NCBI RefSeq assembly: GCF_001194135.2
Contig: NC_069008.1
Coordinates: forward strand, 8,929,163-8,993,162
Length of the DNA stretch: 64,000 nt
From: Octopus bimaculoides
Lineage: Eukaryota
Reading direction: 5' to 3'
The stretch's first letter is position 1. The number at the start of each line of letters is the position of its first letter. A model generated the notes under the pieces. The model saw only the letters and a program-made list of their open reading frames with translations. It had not been told where the DNA came from and made no database searches. Made by a program: the position numbers and the translations under genes. This document shows positions 12,308-24,380 of this stretch, in pieces.

Positions 12308-14721
12308 CATGGGAATCATCTTAAACGTAAGACATTATGACCGATTATGAAAACAATAGATGGATAANNNNNNNNNNNNNNNNNNNNNNNNNNNNNNNNN
12401 NNNNNNNNNNNNNNNNNNNNNNNNNNNNNNNNNNNNNNNNNNNNNNNNNNNNNNNNNNNNNNNNNNNNNNNNNNNNNNNNNNNNNNNNNNNNNNNNNNNN
12501 NNNNNNNNNNNNNNNNNNNNNNNNNNNNNNNNNNNNNNNNNNNNNNNNNNNNNNNNNNNNNNNNNNNNNNNNNNNNNNNNNNNNNNNNNNNNNNNNNNNN
12601 NNNNNNNNNNNNNNNNNNNNNNNNNNNNNNNNNNNNNNNNNNNNNNNNNNNNNNNNNNNNNNNNNNNNNNNNNNNNNNNNNNNNNNNNNNNNNNNNNNNN
12701 NNNNNNNNNNNNNNNNNNNNNNNNNNNNNNNNNNNNNNNNNNNNNNNNNNNNNNNNNNNNNNNNNNNNNNNNNNNNNNNNNNNNNNNNNNNNNNNNNNNN
12801 NNNNNNNNNNNNNNNNNNNNNNNNNNNNNNNNNNNNNNNNNNNNNNNNNNNNNNNNNNNNNNNNNNNNNNNNNNNNNNNNNNNNNNNNNNNNNNNNNNNN
12901 NNNNNNNNNNNNNNNNNNNNNNNNNNNNNNNNNNNNNNNNNNNNNNNNNNNNNNNNNNNNNNNNNNNNNNNNNNNNNNNNNNNNNNNNNNNNNNNNNNNN
13001 NNNNNNNNNNNNNNNNNNNNNNNNNNNNNNNNNNNNNNNNNNNNNNNNNNNNNNNNNNNNNNNNNNNNNNNNNNNNNNNNNNNNNNNNNNTATATAGGTG
13101 CAAGTGTGTCTATGTGTTGCTTCCCAACCACAATTCCGGGTTCAGTCCCACAGCATGGCACCTTGGGGGCAAGTGTCTTTTACCATAGCCTTAAGTTGAC
13201 CAAAGCCTTGTGAGTGGATGTGATAGATGGAAACTAAAATAAGCCCATCATGTGTGTGTATGTATATACATAGACTCGACTCTGTCAGTCACGAATGAGC
13301 ATGTATGCACCTAAGAGGTTCCCCTCCAGGATACAAGTCTGGGCAGAAAGTCGCCTCACTGGTGAACGCACAACCTAAGGTTGTTTTTATGGAAGACTAG
13401 TAGTCACCCATGCATACCAGCCTTCCTTCTCCACACCACTGATGTTATCCAAGGGAAAAGCAAAGGCCAAACAGCTTGGCACCAGTAATGTCGCAACTCA
13501 TTTCTTCAGCTGAATGAACTGGAGCAACATGAAATAAAGTGTCTTACTCAAGAACAATACACAGCCTGGCCCAGGAATCAAACTCACAACCTCACGATCA
13601 TAAGCTTGATGCTCTAACCACTGAGCCGTGCACCTTCACATATATATATGTGTGTGTATGTATGTATATATGTATATATCTGTGTTTGTGTTTGTCCCCA
13701 GTGTTGTGTTTATGTCCCCATAACTTAGCAGTTCAGCAAAAGAGGCTGATGGAATAAGTACTAGACTTACAAAGAATAAGTCCTGGGGTTGATTTCTTCA
13801 ACTAAAACTCTTTAAGGTAGTGCTCCAGCATGGCCACAGTCAAATGACTGAAATATATAAAAGAATATGTATGTATCTCATGATTGCTCCCCGCCGCTTA
13901 CACGCACTTGACAACCACTGTTGCTTTCTTTATCCCCCATAACTTGGTAACTTAGTGGTTCTCCGAAAGAAACTGATAAAGTATCAAACTTAAGAAAAAG
14001 GAAATCTGTAATAGGGCTGAGTTTATCAATTAAGCCCAGTGCTCCAGCATGGTCACAGTCCACTGACTAATAAGTATGTATATATGTATGAATATTTATG
14101 TTTGTATATATGTACATATGTGTGTGTGTGTATGCATATTTAAAAAGCGTGACTTAGCAATTGGGCAGCAAAAAATAAGTATTGAATACAAATAAGAACA
14201 GGTTTTTAAATAAAGTGAAATGCTTGAAGGCACAGTTGCAGTTAATTGAACACAGCCAATAAGGATATATATTATCTACAAATCATATGTGGAATGACAC
14301 TCCACTTACAACTCTCTCTCTCTCTCTCACTCTCATATATATATATATATATAATGTGTGTGTGTGTGTGTATTATGTGGCACCTTGGACAAGTGTCTTC
14401 TACTGAAGCCTATGGTCAACCAAAGGCTTGTAAATGGATTTGGTAGATAGAAACTGAGAGAAGCCTCTCATATATGTATGTGTCTGTATTTGTCCCTGCC
14501 ACTGTTTGACAACCGGTGCTGGTGTATTTATGTCCCCATAACTTAGCAGTTTGGCAAACAAGACCAATAGAATAAGTACCAGGCTTAAAAAAAATAAGCA
14601 CTGGGGTCAATTCATTCAACTAAAAATTCTTCATGGTGGTGATTCAGCTTGGCTGCAATCTAGTGACTGAAACAAGTAAAAGATACATCATATATAAGTG
14701 TGTATGTATATAAACATATTA

Positions 14722-14768
<47 letters not shown>

Positions 14769-14992
14769 TGGTGGCATGTAAAAAGCTCCGTTCAAGTATT
14801 GGGTTTCTCAGAGGCAGTAACAGACGACTGAGACCTAGTACCCAGTACGCTCTTGGAGTGGTTGACATCCAGGGCGTCCAGCCGTAGAAACCATGCCAAA
14901 TCAGAGTGTAGCCTGGTGCAGCTTCCTGGCTTACCAGTTTTCCATCAAACCATCCAACCCATGCCAGCATGGAAAGCAGACATTAAATGATG

Positions 14993-15088
<96 letters not shown>

Positions 15089-15206
15089 TTAAGGGATCAG
15101 CAAATATTTGCTTCACCATATACCCAAGTTCATAAATAGCAGCTAAATTATTAATTGTTAATTGATTTATTAATTAATAAATTGATAATCCTTTACCCTT
15201 TTAATT

Positions 15207-15238
<32 letters not shown>

Positions 15239-15851
15239 CATACATACATACATACAACTCCATTGATTCCCTCCCACAAATCTACCATTGTTATTAGCAA
15301 AGGTTCAAAAGTCTATCAGTCTATCACTCATTGACTCCTTCACCCTGACCTAAAATAGCAGATGGTGGGTTGTGTGTGTGTGTGTAGAGGAAGAAAATAC
15401 AAAACAGGAAGAGAAAACAACAATATAAGACCCCCCCCCTCTCACCTCCCATCCTTTATTCCCACCCACCTCTCTCCAAAACAAATAAAAATAAGTTTTT
15501 GAAATATCTTTTTGAAGCAATATATACGAATAAAGATGATTGATGAAAGATAGAGCAAAATTCAGAAAAACAAAGATTAATTTGGACTAATGCAAGTCAA
15601 TGATGAAATAAATAATCTCTCTCTCTCTATATATATATATATACATATATCTATACGTTTGTGTTTATTGTTGTTTATTGTATATCAGGCATATATTTGT
15701 ATTATATGGTTATAGAACAATCATAGGCAAGCTGTGTCCTGTGGGAGACTTTCTGAATGGCGTGCCTAAAGAAAAAATTACTTCAAATTTATGGTTTTAT
15801 TTGGGGATGGTCTTTTTTTTTTCTTTCTTCAAAATAACCACATGCACTATA

Positions 15852-16704
15852 CAAGGGGGTACTCAAAAGTAACCAGAAATGTTCTTTGTGGGACAAACCC
15901 ATTGTAGTTCAGGCTTCTGCCACTAGAAGCCACTTGATGCGACTCTCAGGCTGTCTGCCAATTGGCGTCATTGAGTCAAGTTGTATTGCCACATGGTATA
16001 TCTTTGCTTTCCAGTGCTTCTTCCCTGTTCATCAATTTTTGCAATGGCTGAAATGAAAGAATAGCATGCTTCCATGAAATTCTGTTTTCTGCTGGGGAAA
16101 ACGGCAGCACAAACAGTTGTCCTGCTTCAGACAGCTTACAAAAGTGATTCCATGAGCAAAACACAAGTTTACAAGTGATTTCCATGCTTCGAGAATGGTC
16201 ACTTGTCACTTGAAGACCAACCTCGTTCAGGATGACCGTTGACCTCCTGAACAAATGAAAACATGAAAATTCATGAACTGATCTTGGGGGTATCATCACC
16301 AAACAATTGATGAGGTTGTAGATATGACTGGTATATCCTGGAACTCCTGCCAGCGAATTTTGAGTGAGGAATTTTGAGTGATGATCAAAAGCAGTCACGA
16401 CCAAATGCGTGTTGTGAACTGAAAGAACAGTTGGAAGTTGATTTGGACCTTTTTTCAAAGGTCATCTCTGGTGACAAAAGCTGGTGCTATGGAATTTGCA
16501 GATGTGGAAGAGGTGAAGAAAAAAAATGACAGGCGTTAAAGGACATCACTTCACAAGAGTCCCAGCACTGCTTTGAATGGTGGAAAATGCCCCTAGACTG
16601 ATGCATTGCTTCAAATGGAGAATACTTTGAAGGCGATAAAAATGTAAACATGTAAAACTGACTAAAATATTGCAAAATTCCAGCTTCTTTTGGGTACCTC
16701 CTTG
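15852..16704 (+). mobile_element. mariner DNA transposon fossil, internally deleted
   Basis: TA|CAAGGGGGTACTCAAAAG...CTTTTGGGTACCTCCTTG|TA TIRs; remnants FCFLLGKTAAQTVVLLQTAY, LEDQPRSG, ISGDKSWCY, SNGEYFEGD. Confidence 0.85.
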
Positions 16705-17312
16705 TATACTCATTCTTCACTTCAGCTTTATTATTATTCTTATTTTAGTGCCCTTTATCTGAAATTGTACATCAGATATCCTGTGATCCCTTCAGTGACC
16801 CTCCATCCCAAGTGTCCCTCCTGTTTAGTTAGTTCTGTCATACCTTGAATTTATTTTAGCAATTTGCCTGTCTGATGGTGAGCCATGTTAGGTTGCCTAT
16901 GTCTGCTTTACAATACTTTTTACTATTTATTTTTCCATATTTTATTTTAACAGTTCATTTTTTTTTTTTGTTTCTTTACCAATTGAGATCAGCATGACTC
17001 TTAATTCTCAGGATTTTCGGCACCGGTGAGAGGAAGGGACATTGGTCCATTGGAAGAAAATGAGTTTGAGCTCTGCTGACGATATCTAATGACAGGTGGG
17101 GGGTACCCATGTACTGCAGAAATCAGATATAGTCACTCAAAATTTCATTACCCTTAACTGTGAAAAGCAGTTTTATATACAAATCTATCTTTTGTTGAAT
17201 GTTGTGTTTCAAACTATTTTTTATTGATAAATGTTTGTAGATGCAAATATGGTTGTATACTATAAGAAACCAGAAAAATCATCAAATTTAACCTGAACCC
17301 TCTCTTTACACA

Positions 17313-18020
17313 CAGGGTGTTTGGGCTAAATTTGTTGATTTTTATGATCTCCTTTTCTCTGGAACAGCTTGATGCATTGGTGAACAGTCGATGACATTGG
17401 AGAGCATAAAGATTAAAGTTGTAGTTGAGAAAAAGTTGGCTGACATGGAGGACTGGAAGCCATCTGAATATTGGAAAGAGTGACCTAGGTCATGATGTGC
17501 TGGGTACCAAAATGCTGACCTCATGACTGCTGCTCAATACTCTGTGAACATTGTAAAGGCTGTAAGATGTGACATGAACATCATGAAACCAAGTTTCCCC
17601 ACTGTGGTAGTCTTTAGGTGTCTCAAGTGAGATGCCCGGCATCTTTGAACAAGGCCTTAGGCTCAATTCAGATGGCTGTATAAAACTGCTGGAAGGCCAT
17701 ATTTGTGGCAGCAGGATTGGCTCCTTGTCATACCCCCAGAAAGCATCAGAAGTGGTTGCTGGAGAGTTTCTATGACTGCACCAGCTCCAATTTCTGGCCT
17801 CCTAATTCCCATAATTGTAATTTCATAGATTACTATATGTGGGACACAATTGAGAAAGATACCAACCAAGCTGATGGGCAAAACTGGACTGGTGGCCAAC
17901 ATCAAAGATCTTCCCAGAAACACTGAGGAACTCATGTGCCAGGTTCCAAAGCCATCTTGAAGCTGAGGACAGCTAGTTTGAGTAAACTGTTATCTTTCAG
18001 CCATAATCTAGTTGATGTTC
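17313..18020 (+). mobile_element. Tc1/mariner-superfamily fragment
   Basis: Remnant FWPPNSHNCNFIDYYMWDTIE matches the WPPxSPDLNPxDYxxW motif; CAGGGTG-type terminus near 17313. Confidence 0.6.
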
Positions 18021-19299
18021 TTTGATTTTTTAAAGACAATTTAGCTACGTGTGTGCATGTGTATGTAGATATATATATATAAAGAGAGAGAGCCTCAAGC
18101 CAAATAAAATTGCTGTCATGGCGGATACTGGTGTCACACAAATGGTGGCACATAAAAGCACCCATAACACTCTCATAGTGGTTGGCATTAGTAAGGACAT
18201 TCAGCTGTAGAAACCATGCCAAATCAGACTGGAGCCTTCAGCTTACCGGCCCCTGATCAAACCATCCAACCCATGCCAGCTTGGACAACGGACATTAAAT
18301 GATGACGATGATGATATATCTAATATATAAAACAGAGATGTCTGTATTCGCTTTTCACGTGAAATCGACTTCACCAAATGCTTCCATACTTGTGATGCAT
18401 GAATAATTTGACCTCGGATAAATGTTAGGCTCTTCATTTGATTTTTTTTATTAAAAGTAAATAATATTGCTTTATATTTATGATTCACTTCTTTAAAAAG
18501 GTTCCTCAATGTCAACTTCCGGTATTGACGTAACAACGGCACAAAGCTTCACTCTCTATTTTGACGTTTTTGTACCAAATGCTTACATACTTGTGATGAA
18601 ATGTCAACTTCCGGTATTGACGTAGCGTGCATGTAGTATTTACTCTCTCTCTCTCTCTTTCATACACACACACACTCACACACAAAGATCTATGCATATT
18701 TATGNNNNNNNNNNNNNNNNNNNNNNNNNNNNNNNNNNNNNNNNNNNNNNNNNNNNNNNNNNNNNNNNNNNNNNNNNNNNNNNNNNNNNNNNNNNNNNNN
18801 NNNNNNNNNNNNNNNNNNNNNNNNNNNNNNNNNNNNNNNNNNNNNNNNNNNNNNNNNNNNNNNNNNNNNNNNNNNNNNNNNNNNNNNNNNNNNNNNNNNN
18901 NNNNNNNNNNNNNNNNNNNNNNNNNNNNNNNNNNNNNNNNNNNNNNNNNNNNNNNNNNNNNNNNNNNNNNNNNNNNNNNNNNNNNNNNNNNNNNNNNNNN
19001 NNNNNNNNNNNNNNNNNNNNNNNNNNNNNNNNNNNNNNNNNNNNNNNNNNNNNNNNNNNNNNNNNNNNNNNNNNNNNNNNNNNNNNNNNNNNNNNNNNNN
19101 NNNNNNNNNNNNNNNNNNNNNNNNNNNNNNNNNNNNNNNNNNNNNNNNNNNNNNNNNNNNNNNNNNNNNNNNNNNNNNNNNNNNNNNNNNNNNNNNNNNN
19201 NNNNNNNNNNNNNNNNNNNNNNNNNNNNNNNNNNNNNNNNNNNNNNNNNNNNNNNNNNNNNNNNNNNNNNNNNNNNNNNNNNNNNNNNNNNNNNNNNNN

Positions 19300-19330
<31 letters not shown>

Positions 19331-19455
19331 AAAATGGAGATATACAATTGTCAATTCAAAAATTAAAATTTATTAACACCATATATTATATTATATTCTT
19401 ATAATAATATAATAAGTATTAAATACAAATTACATACAATTGTTTCAATTCTTAC

Positions 19456-22400
19456 CCATAATAAGATTATAAAAGTCCATTGTTTGTAGGTAAGAATTTC
19501 TTCAGTGTAGATTTTGATATATGAGGATTCACAGATCCAAGAAAAGACTGAATTTAAATATATATTTGTTTTCAAGCATGAATGTCAATAATTAAAAACA
19601 AAAGCAAAGATAAAAAGTAAAATAAGAAAAATAAACTAATTTAACAGTCATAAAATATTATTTGCATACTGTTAAGTGTTTTAATCCAAATATATCTTAT
19701 TGCATTAGTTTTTTTAAATACCAGAAACAAGATTTATAAAAATATTTCTAAAAACAAACAGGACAAAATAAGAAATATCCCTTTCATTCTTTCATATTAA
19801 AAAATACATGTTATAATAAGAATATGCTATTTATCTATGGGTAAATAGCATAATATACTTAAAATACCTTATCATCTCTAGTTAAATAGCAAATGATATT
19901 ATAAATTACATTGCATTAATTATTTATAATAATAATTACTAGAAATCAAAGATTAATAATTAAATATTACGTGGTTTACATAAAGAAGAAACTTTCTAAA
20001 AAATATTATAATAATTATTATCTTACAAATTGAATAGACACTGAATTAACCAGTTGTCCAAAAAATCTAATCATAAGGACTTCAGGTTAATGTTTAGAAG
20101 TACACTGGCACAAAGAAAATCGTCTTTTTTTTTAAAATTTTTTCAGCAGATTTCTATGTTTTCAAAATTTTTAATTCCCCCCCTCTTGACCCCAAATTTT
20201 TAAAATTTTAACTTTTTTTCAATTTTTTTTCAATCTACATGGAAAAATATGGAGATTAAGAAAATGGAAAAAGGAAAATAATTAATTTCAAATTTACTAT
20301 GAGGAAACTCCAAAATTCATATAAAAACCCCTCACCATCTCATCCTGTTATCTAAAAGTGAAAATGANNNNNNNNNNNNNNNNNNNNNNNNNNNNNNNNN
20401 NNNNNNNNNNNNNNNNNNNNNNNNNNNNNNNNNNNNNNNNNNNNNNNNNNNNNNNNNNNNNNNNNNNNNNNNNNNNNNNNNNNNNNNNNNNNNNNNNNNN
20501 NNNNNNNNNNNNNNNNNNNNNNNNNNNNNNNNNNNNNNNNNNNNNNNNNNNNNNNNNNNNNNNNNNNNNNNNNNNNNNNNNNNNNNNNNNNNNNNNNNNN
20601 NNNNNNNNNNNNNNNNNNNNNNNNNNNNNNNNNNNNNNNNNNNNNNNNNNNNNNNNNNNNNNNNNNNNNNNNNNNNNNNNNNNNNNNNNNNNNNNNNNNN
20701 NNNNNNNNNNNNNNNNNNNNNNNNNNNNNNNNNNNNNNNNNNNNNNNNNNNNNNNNNNNNNNNNNNNNNNNNNNNNNNNNNNNNNNNNNNNNNNNNNNNN
20801 NNNNNNNNNNNNNNNNNNNNNNNNNNNNNNNNNNNNNNNNNNNNNNNNNNNNNNNNNNNNNNTGTCATTAAAAAATATCCATTTTTCTGAAAGTTATGAT
20901 CATCCAAAGTTAGGGGGAGGAAAGAAATCTGTAGTTATGCTCAGTAATATACCAAAATTTCATGAAACATTTGATATTTGATGGGGGTCTTTTTATGTGG
21001 GTCAGTGATTCACTCAATTTTTTTTTTTATTCAAATAACAACATCCATACTCAGACTAGAAGGGCAATGGATGTTCATCAAAAAGAAAGGTGACATTGTG
21101 GAGTTGCTCCTTGTTTCAGTCACTTGACTGCAGCCATGCTGGAGCACCACCTTGAAGGGCTTTAGTCTAATGAAATGACTCCTTATTTTTGAAGCCTAGT
21201 ACTTATTCTATTGTTTTTTTGTTTTGCCGAACCACTAAGTTATGAGGATGTAAACACTGCAACATTAGTCAAATAAAGGGTTGGGTTCAAAATTCCACCA
21301 GAACACATGATGAAGGCTGGAGAGTACATCAGCTGAAACGTTGTGATAACATACACGATGAGGACACCTATCTCTCCACTATAAATAATGTACAGCAACA
21401 GTGGTTATAAGCGGTGACGGCGTGTCACACAAAGACATACACATTGATACATACATATATAGGCCGACTTCGGAGTTAGGAAGCACCAACAAGTTGGAAT
21501 TTCTCTATTTTGATGGAGATTTTTCAGATTTCTTTTCACGGTGCCCTTGGAAATGATCTGGCATATCTAATTTACAAAACACTTATCTTCCCTTCTCTGG
21601 AGCAATTGTGGTCAATGTTGTGGGCACCATGCACTTAAAATCCAGGCATAACTACAGATTTCTGCCCCACAGACTTTGGATGATCATAACTTTCAGGAAA
21701 ATGGATATTTTTTTTTATGAAATTTTCTATGAATATGTTATATCATGTAGATTCCGAATATACAAACTTTGGGGTGGGGGGGATGAACTTTTTATTCTTT
21801 CTGAAAGAAGAACACAAACATATAATTGAATATCGTGTTTGCTTCTATCAGGACTGTTTACCTTTAAAGCGAAAAAGCAAAACTGACGTATGCGACAGGT
21901 ATGTAAAACATATTTCAGTGTATTTTCTCTGTTCCTTCGCACACACAAACACACAAGCCATTCATTTTCACTTTTAGACAGTGGGATGGGGTGGATGTAT
22001 GAATCAATTTTGGAGTTTCCTCAGAAAATTTGAAATTAATTATTTTCTTTTTTCCATATTCTTAATCTCCATATTTTTCTATGTATATTGGAAAAAGAAA
22101 ATTCAAAAAAAGTTAAAATTTAAAAATTTGGGGTGGGTAGGAGGGAATCAAAAATTTTGAAAATATGGTCTTTTGGCATATTCAGAATCTCCTTCATCGA
22201 AAACATAGGAATCTGCTGAAAAAATGTCACAAAAAAAAAGTCGCTTCTTTTCATGGCAGTGTGCTTGTAAACATTAACCAGACTTCATAAACGTCCTTTT
22301 GTTAATTATTCATTTCCATACTAAAAAAAATAATGCTTAAGATAAAATTAAAATTACTTCGTTTTTCAGAGGAAAAATCTCATCGTAATGTTTACATGCA

Positions 22401-22650
22401 TTTATACTTGCAGAAGAACAGAAGGGACATAATTTCACAAAAGTAATTTACAAAGTATGTTTTTAATATGGTGTACAATAAATATTTATGCTAGAATAAC
22501 TTTTATCTATATTAATTTTTAAATAAATAAAAATTTGTTAATTTTCAAGGGAAATAATTCACTTTAAATCAATATGTTTATAATATAATGCATTCATAAT
22601 TACAAATGGAATAATGTAATACTAGAAATATATATTTAGAATAGGGTCTA
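19456..22650 (-). pseudogene. putative foreign (ciliate-type code) intron-rich gene fragment interrupted by a foldback transposon; product unknown
   Basis: Hand-built exons (minus): 22650-22358, 22320-22280 joined to 20076-20027, 19995-19971, 19938-19910, 19877-19868, 19834-19808, 19747-19722, 19668-19646, 19547-19456. GT-AG introns of 37, 31, 32, 32, 33, 60, 53 and 98 nt. One frame is kept, with GG/CC doublets mostly at codon positions 1-2; in-frame TAA x11, TAG x3, TGA x2. Confidence 0.5.
20085..22279. mobile_element. long foldback non-autonomous DNA transposon (GG termini, 8-bp TSD; Merlin- or MULE-like)
   Basis: Termini GGTTAATGTTTA/TAAACATTAACC; inverted homology of 20085-20367 with 21960-22279 and of 20865-20940 with 21650-21720; TSD GGACTTCA (20077-20084)/AGACTTCA (22280-22287); SINE nested at about 21110-21430. 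Confidence 0.8.
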
Positions 22651-23400
22651 CTTTAAAATTTAATTAAAATTAATATAATTAAGATCATTCAATATAAAAT
22701 GACATAACTTAAAAACTTCCTAAGGACTACATTATCATTATCATAATTACTCTTTTCCTATATTAAAATTACTTAGTTTAATCATAATGTTTATAATATA
22801 CACATATATAAAATACCTATAGACATACACACATACATACATGCATACATAGATACATATAAACAGGTATATACACGTAGACACATACATAGATACATAC
22901 ATGTATGTATGTATACACACACACACACACACGGCAATACATAATGCATATCAGTATTCATTTACCCAAATATATAAGAAAACTTTATTGATAATTAGCA
23001 AAAATGAATTAACAGTTACATATATACAGATATCAATATATATACATATATATACTTATATACCTGCATATATATTCTTATAAATACTATATAAATAAAC
23101 ACATCTATAAAAAGTAAAATAAATAAAAATTAATTTATAATTATAATTTTTACAAATTTAAAACCTGCTAACTATTCAAAATAATTATAACTAATATAGA
23201 ATTATATTATAATATAATGGAATATAACGTTATAAGATAATTTATTCACAATATACTTTCGATTAATAGATCTTTAGTATTATATTACTTAATAAAGTAT
23301 TCATAATAAATAAATGATTCTAATCAATTTACTAATTGATAAGAATAATACATATACGGTTGCAGTCAAATGACCAAAACAAATAAAAGAATACACTCAT

Positions 23401-23478
<78 letters not shown>

Positions 23479-23558
23479 TCATATACATATACATACTCAC
23501 ATACATATATATACATACATATACATACACTCATATGCATACATCTATATATGTATAC

Positions 23559-23592
<34 letters not shown>

Positions 23593-23600
<8 letters not shown>

Positions 23601-23860
23601 AATCATAAATATATAGGGATTGACAGTAACCTGCTTCTCCAACATACTGAGAATTCAGAAATAGCAGTCAAAGAACTACTGATTTCAAAACTACAAATTA
23701 TTACTCCATCGCTATCAATCTGGAGTAATAATTTGTAGTTTTGAAATCAGTAGTTCTTTGACTGCTATTTNNNNNNNNNNNNNNNNNNNNNNNNNNNNNN
23801 NNNNNNNNNNNNNNNNNNGCAGGTTACTGTCAATCCCTATATATTTATGATTATAAATTA
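23593..23860. repeat. perfect hairpin, about 115-bp arms, 12-nt loop
   Basis: 23593-23708 is the exact reverse complement of 23721-23860 except across the 48-N gap; loop TCGCTATCAATC. Confidence 0.85.
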
Positions 23861-23984
23861 TTATTTACCGAAGAAGGTTTTTTTCATACTGAGCTACCCG
23901 GCAGAAATTGTTAATTATTAATTTTATTACTAATTGATGATTCCCTGCCCTGCATTTCTATATATATATATATATATATTACGC

Positions 23985-24380
23985 TTTACTCTTTTACTTG
24001 TTTCAGTCATTTGACTGCGGCCATGCTGGAGCACCACCTTTAGTCAAGCAAATCAACCCCAGGACTTATTCTTTGTAAGCCTAGTACTTATTCTATTGGC
24101 CTCTTTTGCTGAACTGCTAAGTTACGGGGACATAAACACACCAGCATCGGTTGTCAAGCAATGTTGGGAGGACAAACACCGACACACAAACACATACACA
24201 CAGATATATATTCAAATATACGACAGGCTTCTTTCAGTTTCCATCTACCAAATCCACTCACAAGTCTTTGGTTGGCCCACGGCTATAGTAGAAGACACTT
24301 GCCCAAGATGCCATGCAGTGGGACTGAACCTAGAACCATGTTGTTGGTAAGCAAGCTACTTACCACACAGCCACTCCAGC
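23985..24380 (-). mobile_element. SINE family A (tRNA head, CORE-like domain), full length
   Basis: Reverse complement of head GTGTGGTAAGTAGCTTGCTTACC...GGTTCAGTCCCAC, CORE-like GCA(C/T)CTTGGGCAAGTGTCTT, tail GCAGTCAAATGACTGAAACAAGTAAAAGAG. Further copies at about 6.3, 7.6, 10.6-10.9, 11.9-12.1, 13.1-14.7, 29.5, 30.1, 32.1-32.4, 33.9-34.2, 41.8-42.1, 45.4-46.0, 48.1-48.5, 51.0-51.3, 53.4-53.8 and 61.3-62.2 kb. Confidence 0.85.

Noticed and set aside
19456-19547. Standard-code host exon in the stop-free frame FSWICESSYIKIYTEEILTYKQW
   Set aside because: All five GG/CC doublets fall at codon positions 1-2 in the other frame, which contains TAA; the stop-free frame is likely chance, though not excluded.
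22760-22790. 15-nt intron GTAATTTTAATATAG (minus strand), heterotrich-like
   Set aside because: Both spliced and unspliced frames are plausible; not resolvable by eye.
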